Counted from the first letter of the stretch, positions 1 to 8,797 are shown. The stretch: 32,000 bases of DNA from an uncultured Chloroflexia bacterium (GCA_963718915.1 CAVRAI010000007.1:210001-242000); one strand, 5' to 3'. Notes: generated by a model from the letters alone, not told the origin. Program-made: numbers and translations.

Positions 1-174
1 GCGCCCTGAGCCAGGGAGATCGGCGGCGATGACCCGATTGCCGGGAACAAGCGCCCTTCGCAGCGCGGAGTGGCCCTCGATCCGGTCGCTGAATCCCGGC
101 AGCAGCAGGACAGGCTCGCCAGCGCCACTCTCCTCATAGTAGATACGCGATGTACCATGCTCGAACCATGACAT
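1..174 (-). CDS. alpha/beta-fold hydrolase, N-terminal fragment (gene runs off the window start)
   Basis: Hand translation of the minus strand from ATG (complement of 172..174) gives MSWFEHGTSRIYYEESGAGEPVLLLPGFSDRIEGHSALRRALVPGNRVIAADLPGSG. This is the typical N-terminus of the alpha/beta hydrolase fold (beta-strand, 'PVLLLPGF', then 'RVIAxDLPGxG'). It is absent from the ORF track because it is truncated to under 60 aa. Confidence 0.6.
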   Translation of the reverse strand, partial: MSWFEHGTSRIYYEESGAGEPVLLLPGFSDRIEGHSALRRALVPGNRVIAADLPGSGR

Positions 175-322
175 CTTTGCTCTCCCTCTTTACTCCTCAT
201 CGCGCCGTGACGACGCGCGTCATCCCTTCTCGATTACGGTATGGTATCCTGCAATGAAGCACCAGTTCAGGAATTGAACCGGTCGCTGGGGTTCGCCACT
301 TTGAGACGCGGGAGGCCATCTC

Positions 323-1036
323 ATGTCGAAGTATGGACAATACTGTCCGGTCGCGAAGTCGCTGGATATCCTGGGGGATCACTGGACGCTGCTGATTGTG
401 CGCGACATGCTGACTGGGACGCGCCATTTCAACGACCTGGAGCGGGGACTGCCCAGAATCTCTCGCGCGCTGCTGGCGAGCCGACTGAGGCAGTTGCAGC
501 GGGCGGGTGTGATCGAAAAGCGGCTCACGAGGGCTGGGCGCAAGACGACTGAATATCAGCTTACCCAGGCAGGGCAGGAACTTTTCGGTGTCATTATGGC
601 GTTACGGGGATGGGGCGAAAAGTGGGCGTTCGGCGATCCTGCGCCGGATGAACTCGATCCGGTGCTGCTCATGTGGTGGCTACACAATCGCGTCGATGTG
701 GATCAACTGCCCGAACAGCGCGTCGTGGCGCAGTTCGACTTTCACGGCGCTGCGGCGGTGTCATTCTGGCTGGTACTGACACGCGCTGACGTCACGCTCT
801 GCCTCACTGATCCTGGATACGAGATCAATCTGCTGGTGACAGCCGATCTGGCGACATTCTACAAAGTATGGGGAGGGCGGATCAGTTATCCAGAGGCGCT
901 CAATAGATATGGCGTCACCGTCGAGGGCGTTCCCCGTCTGACGCGCGCTTTTCCACATTGGTTTGGCTGGGGCGCCGCCGAGCCTACGAGAGCGGAAACG
1001 CCCCTACCAGCTATCCAATCCGCTCCAGCACGATGA
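323..1036 (+). CDS. HxlR-family winged-helix transcriptional regulator, long form with about 120 aa C-terminal extension
   Basis: N-terminus YCPVAKSLDILGDHWTLLIVRDMLTGTRHFNDLERGLPRISRALLASRLRQLQRAGVIEKR is the canonical HxlR wHTH signature. At 237 aa it is about twice the minimal HxlR length. Confidence 0.85.
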   Translation: MSKYGQYCPVAKSLDILGDHWTLLIVRDMLTGTRHFNDLERGLPRISRALLASRLRQLQRAGVIEKRLTRAGRKTTEYQLTQAGQELFGVIMALRGWGEKWAFGDPAPDELDPVLLMWWLHNRVDVDQLPEQRVVAQFDFHGAAAVSFWLVLTRADVTLCLTDPGYEINLLVTADLATFYKVWGGRISYPEALNRYGVTVEGVPRLTRAFPHWFGWGAAEPTRAETPLPAIQSAPAR

Positions 1037-1418
1037 CGGGAATCTGCCGCGTGGTCTTCGTCCGATACTCGGCGAAGCCGGGCATCTGCGTCGCGTGCTG
1101 GGTGAAGAGCCGCTCGTACTCGTCCCCGGTGGCGGGGGTGGCGCGCGCCTGGAAGCGGTCGTCGCCCACCTCGACGGTCACGTTAGGGTTGGCGAGCAGG
1201 TTATAGTACCAGGCGGGATTGGTCGGCGCGCCGCCCTTGGACGCAAGGACGATGTAATGGTCGCCATCGCGGGAATAGGCGAGGGGGTTCGTCCGCGTCT
1301 CGCCGCTCTTCGCGCCCTTCGTAATCAGCAACAACAGGGGCAGCGGGTGATTGGTCTTGCCGCCGCTGGCGCGATACTGCTCGATGATTGCCTGATTGTA
1401 GTTGCCTGGGCCGCTCAT
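1011..1418 (-). CDS. Deazaflavin (F420)-dependent nitroreductase/quinone reductase family protein (DDN-like)
   Basis: Motifs NQAIIEQYRASGGK, PLLLLITKGAKSGETRTNPLAY, YIVLASKGGAPTNPAWYYNLLANP and VIVLERI match the DDN/F420H2-dependent reductase family. Start moved to the internal ATG (complement of 1416..1418), which is preceded by AGGAGGAA. The 3' end overlaps the convergent HxlR gene by 26 nt. Confidence 0.85.
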   Translation of the reverse strand: MSGPGNYNQAIIEQYRASGGKTNHPLPLLLLITKGAKSGETRTNPLAYSRDGDHYIVLASKGGAPTNPAWYYNLLANPNVTVEVGDDRFQARATPATGDEYERLFTQHATQMPGFAEYRTKTTRQIPVIVLERIG

Positions 1419-1687
1419 AGTTCCTCCTGTATGGGATGGGATAGAAAAGATAGTTACTTCAAACAGTGTACTGCTACTACCATACCCGGCGCACAACCCA
1501 AAAGCACGATGCTAGCCTATACGTTCGGGTAGGCAAAGCTGCATCAGATACGCCATGCCACTGGCTAATGACCCGCAACTCGTCGCGCTCACTCCACATC
1601 ATTCGCCATCTTGAATGCCATTGCCCCAGATGTTACACTGGCAGGGCAGCCAGACGCTATAGCCCTCTAGTAAGCGAGTGAGCAACG

Positions 1688-3682
1688 ATGAGCGCGTTTC
1701 GTGCCACCTTCGTCAGTCATGCCCACGCCGATAATGACCTCTGCGACCGCTACGTCGCCGCGTTGCGGCCACGAGGCATTGATATCTGGTATGATCGCGA
1801 CAACGCGCAGAATGGCCATCTGCTCGGCTCAGAAATCCAGAAGGAGATACAGCAGCGCGCGGCCTTTGTGCTGCTCATGACGGAGAACGCGCTCGGCTCC
1901 TTCTGGGTGGATCTGGAGATGCAGAGTTATCTGGGGCTAATGGCGCAAGATCGTTCGCGACTGCTGCTGCCTGTGCGCATCGGTTCCTGCGCCGTGCCGC
2001 CGTTTCTCAACGCCTTCTTCTGGATCGACGCGCAAGCGATGCCTTTCGAGCAAGCGATTGAGGCCATTGCCTCTGCACTCTCGGACAGCACTATGCCATC
2101 CGCGCAGCCAAGAGCTTTGCCCGCTACCTCGTCCCCGGTCAACGCGCCAGCGCCACAGACGCCCACCGACCCTGTCAGCGACCTGCTGGCGCGTTTCCTG
2201 CCGCAGTTGCGCGATGCCTTCAATGCGCAGGACTGGCCCCAGGTGGCGCGACTGGCCGCCTTCATCCAGCGCAGCGTCCCCGCCGAGAAGCTGCCCAGCG
2301 AGGTCTACGCCATGCAGGGGCGGGCGCTGATGGCCGAGCGTGACTATGCCGGAGCAAAGACCGCCTGGGACACCATACGGCAGCGCGACTCGCTCGATGT
2401 GACGGCGCTACGGGCCGCCACCGATGCCCGTATCGCGCTGGGCGAGAAGGCCGCCGCTCTGCCGCTGCTCGACGATGCGCTCACGCTCACCACCGACCGC
2501 GCTCAACGGCTGGCGCTCTTGCGCATCGATGCCAGCGTGCTCGCTGAGGTCGCACGCGCTGAGAGTGGGGCAAGCGCCCAGACCCACTGGACGACGCTGC
2601 AGCGCGTCGTCAACGAGGGTCTGCAACTGGCGGGTGAGCAGGATGCTGATTGGCTGGCGCTCAAACTGGAAGCGTTGATGGGGCTGCAACACGATCAAGA
2701 GGCGTTGGATTTGGCAAGAACGCTGACTGCGCTTCCCGGCGCGACCGCCACCCTCTGGATGAACCGGGCACGGCTGGCATGGAAGCTGGCGGGCGAGACG
2801 CCGAACGACGAGATACGCGGCGCGCTGGACGCTGCCAGCCGTCTGGCTCCCAATGACGCCGCCCTCGCATTGGATCGCCAGCAATTGCTGGTTATCCTCA
2901 AGCCCGACCGCTTCCCGCCGCGCCTGGCAGAACAGGGCTTTGTTGTCCGGGAGCGCAATGGCGTCGCCTTCATTGTGCCGCCGATCTGCTCCGTACCTGC
3001 GGGCGAGTTCCTGATGGGTAGCAACAAGCGCCGGGACAAAGATGCGATTAACGACCATGAAATGCCACAACACCGCGTCACCCTCGCCGCCTTCTCCATC
3101 ACGCGCTTCCCGGTGACAGTGGCCGAATATGCCTGCTTTGTCGCAGCGGCGCGACACCGCGAACCGCAGGAGTGGGCAGGCCAACTGAAGAAACTCGACT
3201 ATCCCGTCGTTTCCGTCTCCTGGGATGATGCCATCGCCTACGCCGCATGGCTGGCGCAAATGAACGAGCAACCCTGGAGGCTGCCGACCGAGGCGGAGTG
3301 GGAGAAAGCGGCGCGTGGGACAGATGGGCGTCTCTTTCCCTGGGGCAATACGTTCGACCGGAGTCGTGCCAATACAGTTGAAAGCAGGCTACGCGGAGCA
3401 ACGGCGGTGGGCAGCTACCCGAGTGGGGCCAGCCCTTATGGCGCAGAGGAGATGGGAGGAAACGTCTGGGAGTGGACGCACAGCCTCTACAAGCCGTATC
3501 CCTACAAGATAAGGGATGGCCGCGAGGCGCCTGATTCCGATGAAGATCGTGTGCAGCGTGGTGGTTCCTGGTATGCCATCGACGTCGGCGCGCGTGCTGC
3601 CACCCGACTAAGCGCCAGTCCAGATCGCTGCAAGGACTACGACGGTTTCCGCCTGCTCCTTGAGGCGCCTGGTTCGGCATAG
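1688..3682 (+). CDS. TIR domain - Pro-rich linker - TPR-like helical repeats - FGE-sulfatase (SUMF1-like) domain fusion protein
   Basis: The N-terminus FVSHAHADNDLCDRYVAALRPRGIDIWYDRDN...AFVLLMTENALGSFWVDLEMQ has a bacterial TIR pattern including the W-x-x-x-E glutamate. The middle about 230 aa is Ala/Leu-rich helical repeat. The C-terminus PAGEFLMGS...VSWDDAIAYAAWL...WRLPTEAEWEKAARG...GNVWEWT...RVQRGGSW...GFRLL is the classic FGE-sulfatase fold signature. There is no Walker A motif anywhere. Confidence 0.85.
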   Translation: MSAFRATFVSHAHADNDLCDRYVAALRPRGIDIWYDRDNAQNGHLLGSEIQKEIQQRAAFVLLMTENALGSFWVDLEMQSYLGLMAQDRSRLLLPVRIGSCAVPPFLNAFFWIDAQAMPFEQAIEAIASALSDSTMPSAQPRALPATSSPVNAPAPQTPTDPVSDLLARFLPQLRDAFNAQDWPQVARLAAFIQRSVPAEKLPSEVYAMQGRALMAERDYAGAKTAWDTIRQRDSLDVTALRAATDARIALGEKAAALPLLDDALTLTTDRAQRLALLRIDASVLAEVARAESGASAQTHWTTLQRVVNEGLQLAGEQDADWLALKLEALMGLQHDQEALDLARTLTALPGATATLWMNRARLAWKLAGETPNDEIRGALDAASRLAPNDAALALDRQQLLVILKPDRFPPRLAEQGFVVRERNGVAFIVPPICSVPAGEFLMGSNKRRDKDAINDHEMPQHRVTLAAFSITRFPVTVAEYACFVAAARHREPQEWAGQLKKLDYPVVSVSWDDAIAYAAWLAQMNEQPWRLPTEAEWEKAARGTDGRLFPWGNTFDRSRANTVESRLRGATAVGSYPSGASPYGAEEMGGNVWEWTHSLYKPYPYKIRDGREAPDSDEDRVQRGGSWYAIDVGARAATRLSASPDRCKDYDGFRLLLEAPGSA

Positions 3683-3741
3683 TGGCGCAAACGATTAGTA
3701 AACCTTCAGAAGTGATCCCGGACAGTCTGCTGTGGCGAATC

Positions 3742-3816
3742 GCGCCGTAGCCTGAAGGCCACGGCTAATAGAACGGGGAAATTCGACATTGCGTTTACGC
3801 TACGGTCGGTCTGCCT
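3742..3816. repeat. Dispersed intergenic repeat module ('gcctgaaggcc..cggc ... attcg..gcgtttacgctacgg')
   Basis: Closely related copies were seen by eye at 5293..5357, 8686..8750 and 14402..14435 (partial). All copies are intergenic. Confidence 0.7.
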
Positions 3817-3887
3817 GCGCAATTGCCAACAACCCAGAGGGATACCATATCACTTCCAGAGGCGAAGCTTGGCGCGCGTCTCTGGCT

Positions 3888-3910
3888 CCCCTCTCCCAGT
3901 GGGAGAGGGG
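3888..3910. repeat. Perfect 10-bp stem / 3-nt loop hairpin (cccctctccc-agt-gggagagggg), the 'GEGxGVR'-type repeat; possible terminator between convergent genes
   Basis: The stem was read directly. It lies 24 nt beyond the fabH stop (minus strand) and downstream of the TIR-FGE gene (plus strand). No U-tract follows on either strand, so it is not a canonical intrinsic terminator. Confidence 0.4.
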
Positions 3911-3933
3911 TTGAGGGTGAGGTCAGTCCGGGT

Positions 3934-4989
3934 TTAGTTCCCGGCTCCGGCGGAGACTGGCTCGCGGGCCGCGTCGGCGCTCTTCGTCTCCTGGCTGGAG
4001 GTGACCGCCGTCCACTTCACTACGGCGGCGGCCCAGGTGAGGCCCGCGCCGAAGGCCACCATGCCCAGGTGCGCGCCGGGGAAGACGCGTCCCTGGTCAA
4101 TCGCCTCGCAGAGCGCTATCGGGATCGCGGCGGCGGAGGTGTTGCCGTACTTCTCGATGTTGACGAAGACCTTCTCGCTCGGCAGATTCAGCCGCTTCGA
4201 GGCCGCCTCGATGATGCGCAGGTTGGCCTGATGGGGGATGAAGAGGTCCATATCGGCGGCGGTCATTCCCGCGTTGGCCAGCGCCTCCTCCATCGCCGTG
4301 CCCATGATGCGCGTGGCGAACTTGAAGACCTCCGACCCGTTCATCTGGACGTAGTTGCGGCGCTCGCGGATCGTCTCCTCGGTGGCAGGCTCAGCCGAGC
4401 CGCCCGTCGGAATCCAGAGCAACTCTGGCCGCGCGCCGTCGCTGCCGATGGTGAAGCCGAGCAGGCCGCCCGGCTCGTCGCTGGCGCTCAGCACAATCGC
4501 CCCCGCGCCGTCGCCAAAGAGCACGCAGGTCGAGCGATCCTTGAAGTCCACCACCTGCGAGAGCACCTCAACGCCAATCACCAGCGCGTGTTTCGTGGAA
4601 CCGTTGGCGATAAACTGGTGGGCCACCGAGACGGCGTAGAGGAAGCCGCTGCACGCCGCCTGCATATCGAACGCGCCGCACTTCGCGCCGAGCGCGTGCT
4701 GCACGAGATTCGCCGTCGCGGGGAAGCGATAGTCGGGGCAGACCGTCGCCACGATGATCAGGTCGAGGTCTTTGCCTTCGAGGCCAGCGCGTTCGAGTGC
4801 CTGCTGGGCCGCCGCAATCGAGAGGGTGGACGCTTTCTCACCTGGCGAGACGACGTGGCGCTGCTTGATGCCCGTGCGCGAGGTGATCCACTCGTCCGAG
4901 GTGTCTACGATGCGCTCGAAGTCGGCATTGGTGAGCACTCGCTCCGGTACCTTCATGCCCCAGCCAGTGATGGCGCTATAGTGGCCCAT
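3934..4989 (-). CDS. fabH: 3-oxoacyl-ACP synthase III (KAS III)
   Basis: Contains ITGWGMKVPERVLTNADFERIVDTSDEWITSRTGIKQRH, the active-site context DMQAACSGFLYA, HQANLRII and GNTSAAAIP...AFGAGLTW. It carries about 23 aa of extra C-terminal low-complexity tail. Confidence 0.92.
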   Translation of the reverse strand: MGHYSAITGWGMKVPERVLTNADFERIVDTSDEWITSRTGIKQRHVVSPGEKASTLSIAAAQQALERAGLEGKDLDLIIVATVCPDYRFPATANLVQHALGAKCGAFDMQAACSGFLYAVSVAHQFIANGSTKHALVIGVEVLSQVVDFKDRSTCVLFGDGAGAIVLSASDEPGGLLGFTIGSDGARPELLWIPTGGSAEPATEETIRERRNYVQMNGSEVFKFATRIMGTAMEEALANAGMTAADMDLFIPHQANLRIIEAASKRLNLPSEKVFVNIEKYGNTSAAAIPIALCEAIDQGRVFPGAHLGMVAFGAGLTWAAAVVKWTAVTSSQETKSADAAREPVSAGAGN

Positions 4990-5292
4990 GCTACTCCTCT
5001 TTCGTCATAGCTGTCATGTGCTGATACTAGCAGATGATTTCGGGAAAACCGATTCAGAACGCCAGCATGCGCCACACTGAAAAAGAGAATGGTGGCTGGC
5101 TGATGAGGCGACCTGCTCACGGCGCTGGGCGGGCCTGCTCAGGCTACATTGCTGTCGCGGCCCATTGTAACATACTCAGGGCAAGCGGGTATATCGTAGT
5201 GCGCCATATTGCACAGGCAGCGGGCTGCTCGTGGATATCAGCGCTATGCTGAACTTTTAGAATTACCGCCGAACATTGTGCCAGGGTGGGTC

Positions 5293-5357
5293 TGCCGGAA
5301 GCCCAAAGGCCCCGGCGAATTTCGGAATCGAAGCGTACGCCCATTCGCCGTAGCGTG
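5293..5357. repeat. Dispersed intergenic repeat module (same family as 3742..3816)
   Basis: tgccggaagcccaaaggccccggcgaat...cccattcgccgtagcgtga aligns by eye with 8686..8750. Confidence 0.65.
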
Positions 5358-5362
5358 ATGTG

Positions 5363-5608
5363 GTTTTCAATTTACGACGGGCACGCCTCAACGGCTGGCG
5401 GTTAAAACCGCGCCTGAAGGGCCTCGCTTGCTGCGCGCGCTCTGCCACGAAACCCGCCTGCGCGGGTTCACAGAGCTACTCGCCAGCGGGTATCCCGTTG
5501 GGACACGTCTGGGAAGTCCGCGCAGGCGGACTTGGCGGCCGCAGGCCCTTCAGGCGCGGTTTCAACCGCCCGCGCTGCCCAGCGCGTGTCCCTCGTAATT
5601 TCTAAAAC
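5363..5608. mobile_element. MITE-like nested-palindrome element of about 246 bp, copy 1
   Basis: Terminal inverted repeats are gttttcaatttacgacgggcac (5363..) and gtgtccctcgtaatttctaaaac (..5608). Inner inverted arms are ggcggttaaaaccgcgcctgaagggcc (5397..5423) and ggcccttcaggcgcggtttcaaccgcc (5544..5570). It is collinear with 14125..14373. It has no coding capacity beyond spurious ORFs. Confidence 0.7.
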
Positions 5609-5945
5609 GCGTTCACGCTACGGTCTGCCTCGCCCGCCACAGCGCGCGGTGTGCGGAGGAAACAGTGAGCGTTCATTGATGCGCTGAGTGTAGCGCATAG
5701 CGAGTTCAGGGAGAAATCCCGCCAGACGCGGTTGACCGGCCAGTGTCGGCGCGGTAAAGTTCATAGTTAGACCACCGTCAAACAGAGGTCCAACATACAG
5801 CGCAGTGTTTTCGGCAGAAAGCAGGGAGGGTCTCGTGTATTCCTGTGGCTATGGCAACATGTCGCGGCGTCTGTTCGGCGCCATCGGGCTTGGGCTGGAG
5901 AGCGGCGAGATGGGCGCCAATGGAGTCAATGGAGTCAATGGCGCG

Positions 5946-8562
5946 ATGAGCTTCTCGCTGCCGGGCGATGCGCCGCGCTATGCGCCTGATCGCAAGGCGG
6001 ACGTGCGCCACATAGATCTCGACGTGACGCTTGACTTCGACGCGGCGAGTGTCGCTGGCACGGTCACCACCAGTTTTGAGACGCTCTTCGAGGAGGTGAG
6101 CGAGATCACCCTCGACGCCGCCGAACTGGAGATCGAGACGGTGACGATGGCGGGCAAGAAGACGCCGCTGCGCTTCTGGAGCGAGGGCGAGAAGCTGCAC
6201 ATCGCCCTCAACCGCACCTACCATCACGGCGAGCCATTCGGCGTCGCGGTACGCTACAGCGCGCAGCCGCGCACGGGCCTCGTCTTCGTCAAGCCGACGG
6301 CGGGCGACCCGGAACTGCCGGTGCAGGCGTGGACGCAGGGCGAGACCGAGTACCATCACTTCTGGTTCCCCTGCCACGATTTCCCCAACGACCGCGCCAC
6401 CACCTCGCTCCGCGCGACCGTCCCCACCGGCTTCTTCGTGCTCTCCAACGGCAAGCTCGAAGGCGTCAGCGAGACGGGTGATGGCCATAATACGTGGTCA
6501 TGGCGCATGGAGGAGCCGTATCCCGCCTATCTGATTACCCTGGTGGCGGGCGAATTCACCGAGTTGAAGGACTCCTGGCGCGATATTCCGGTTAACTACT
6601 ACGTGCCGAAGGGGCGCGAGGCCGACGGCCACTTCATGTTCGATAAGACGCCCGCGATGATCGAGTATTTCTCCGAGCGCTTCGGCGTGGACTATCCCTA
6701 CGAGAAGTACGCGCAGATCGTCGCCGAGCAGTTTACCGGCGCGATGGAGAACGCCAGCGCCACCACCCACAGCTATCGGCTGCTGCCCGACGCGCGCGCC
6801 ATCCTCGACTACACGCCGGAGCCGGTGGTCGCGCACGAGCTGGTGCACCAGTGGCATGGCGATATGCTGGCGGTGCGCGACTGGGCGCATACGTGGCTCA
6901 AGGAGTCGTCGGCGGACTTCTACGAGGCGACCTGGCGCGAGCATTCGGATGGCGTGGACGAGTTCCGCACGGAGATGCGCGACTACCTCCAGGCGTATCT
7001 GGAGGCCGACGCGCGCGGGCGGCGCCCCATCGTCTACAACGTCTATCGCAAGAACGGCAACGAGCTATTCGACCGCCACGTCTACGAGAAGGGCGCGCTG
7101 ACGCTCAATATGCTGCGGTTCGTCGTCGGCGAGGAGCCATTCTGGCGCGCCGTCAAGCTCTACACGCGGCGCAACCAGTGGCGCGAGGTCATCACCGCCG
7201 ACCTGGAGCGCGCCTTCGAGGAGGCCACCGGGCGCAGTCTGGCGCGCTTCTTCGAGCAGTGGCTCTACAAGGCGGGGCATCCCGAGTTCAACGTGCGCTA
7301 CTCCTGGGACGACGAGCACAAGCTGGCGCGGGTGACAGTGCGCCAGACGCAGGAGGAGACGGCGCAGACGCCGATCTTCGTGACGCCGGTGGATATCGCC
7401 TTCATGGTACCGGAGAAAGACGGCGCGCGCGGCGACGATCCCAAGGCGAAGGCGACGCTGACGACCTTCCGGGTGCAGGTGGATACGGCGGAGCAGACGT
7501 TCTACTTCCCGCTGCCACGGCGGCCGTTCTCGGTGCGTTTCGATCAGGGCGGCTGGCTCATCAAGACGCTGGACTTCGAGCGGCCCGCCGAGATGCTGCG
7601 CTACCAGCTTGCGCACGATCCCGACGTGCTGGGGCGGATCGAGGCGGCGGAGGCGCTGGGGCGGCTGGCCGATCCACAGAGCATCACGGCGCTGGAAACG
7701 CAGTTGATCGAGGAGTCGTTCTGGTCGGTGCGCGGGGCGATTGCCGAGGCGATAGGGCGGCAGCGCAACGAGCGCGCGCTCAACGGCGCTGACTGGCGCG
7801 CTGGAGCAAGGTGGATGAGCCAAAGGCGCGGCGGGCCATCGTGGCGGCGCTGGGCGTCTTCCACGCGCCGGAGCAGGCGGCGCTGGCCGAGCGCGCGGCG
7901 GCTACCCTGACGGCGCTGCTGGACGAAGGGCGACCCGAGCTACTTCGTGGAGTCGGCGGCGGCGACCGCGCTGGGCAAGACGAACGTCGCCGACGCCTAT
8001 GAGCGGCTGCGTGCCCCTGCTCGACCGCGCCTCCTGGAATGAGACGATCCGCGCGGGCGTCTTCGCCGGGTTGGGCGCGCTGGGCGATCCCCGCTGTGTA
8101 GAGACGCTGACGGGCTGGCTCGATCTCTCGAAGCCGCAGGACGCGCGGATGGTCGCGGCCAACGGGCTGCGCATTCTGGCGACGACGCGGCGTATCGAGG
8201 GCGAGGCGCAGGTGCGCGCGGTAGATGCGCTGATCGCGGCGCTCGACGATCCCTGGGAGCTGGCGGTCTTCCAGGCTATCGCGGCGCTAGCGGCCTGGGG
8301 CGATCAGCGGGCGATTCCGGCGCTCCAGCGGCTGGTGGATCGCAGCCCCGACGAGCGGGCGGTTCGTGGGGCGCGGACGGCCATCCGCACGCTGCAACAG
8401 GGGCGCGCGGCGGGCGATGAGACGCGCCAGCTGCGCAAAGACCTGGAGGAGCTACGCCAGCGCAACCGCGAGCTGACCGAGCGCTTGGAGGCGCTGGAGG
8501 CGCAGCATCCGCCAGCGGCAACGGCTACGTGCCCGGCGCGATACGGCTGTCGCCGCCACTAA
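5946..8562 (+). pseudogene. M1-family aminopeptidase N with C-terminal HEAT-repeat/coiled-coil region, interrupted by three apparent frameshifts
   Basis: Contains the GAMEN motif (FTGAMENASATTH) and the zinc motif HELVHQWHGDML...WLKES. The reading frame switches at about 7790-7795, about 7928-7931 and about 8010. The reconstructed sequence reads ...ERALNGA/LARWSKVDEPKARRAIVAALGVFHAPEQ...LLDEG/DPSYFVESAAATALGKTNVADAYERL/VPLLDRASWNETIRAGVFAGLGALGDPRCVE.... The start at ATG 5946 (MSFSLPGDAPRYAPD) was chosen over the upstream in-frame ATGs. Confidence 0.8.
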
Positions 8563-8640
8563 TGGCGCGGGCAAGCGCCAGGAGGCGAAGGGTCGCAAGA
8601 GCGCGAAGAAGGGGTAAGGGCGATAGGGCGCGGGCGGGTT

Positions 8641-8797
8641 ATGTCGTTTTAGCAGTAACACCGTACAGCGTGCCTGGGCGAGCGAGCCGGAGCCTGAAGG
8701 CCCCGGCGAATGGGGCGGGAAATTCGCCGTAGCGTTTACGCTACGGGCGCTCACCCCACCGCAATGCCCGTGTCCGTCGCACATGCTAAAACGACAT
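8641..8797. mobile_element. MITE-like element of 157 bp with perfect 14-bp terminal inverted repeats (atgtcgttttagca / tgctaaaacgacat)
   Basis: The terminal inverted repeats were read directly at 8641..8654 and 8784..8797. The interior contains the 'gcctgaaggccccggcgaat...attcgccgtagcgtttacgctacgg' module shared with 3742..3816 and 5293..5357. Confidence 0.65.

Noticed and set aside
2930-3682. Possibility that the FGE-sulfatase (C-type-lectin-fold) domain is the variable protein of a diversity-generating retroelement.
   Set aside because: No reverse transcriptase gene is present, and I could find no template-repeat copy of the 3' end of the gene anywhere in the window. There is also no Asn-codon-rich (AAY) variable-region pattern in the last 40 codons.
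3823-5010. 395-aa ORF on the plus strand opposite fabH. Similar long antisense ORFs occur at 11449..13302, 23148..24572, 2408..3271, 25893..26774, 6851..7792, 7065..7823, 27806..28663 and 20561..21442.
   Set aside because: Their translations are Arg/Ala/Gly/Pro-rich low-complexity sequence with no recognisable motifs. Each lies exactly antisense to a gene with strong family signatures. These are the shadow ORFs typical of high-GC DNA.
5263-5605. Short ORFs encoding recurring peptides such as 'RPFRRGFNRQP' and 'KPRLKGL'. The same peptides recur at 11333..11617, 10702..11397 (5' part) and 14160..14330.
   Set aside because: The recurring peptide is simply the translation of the dispersed palindromic repeat arm (ggcccttcaggcgcggtttcaaccgcc) in either orientation. 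It is not a conserved protein.
7785-8015. Programmed ribosomal frameshifting in the aminopeptidase gene, and at 11683 and 29400.
   Set aside because: I saw no slippery heptamer or downstream pseudoknot at the switch points. Three shifts in different directions within 220 bp, plus similar lesions in unrelated genes, argue for indels (errors or decay) rather than recoding.
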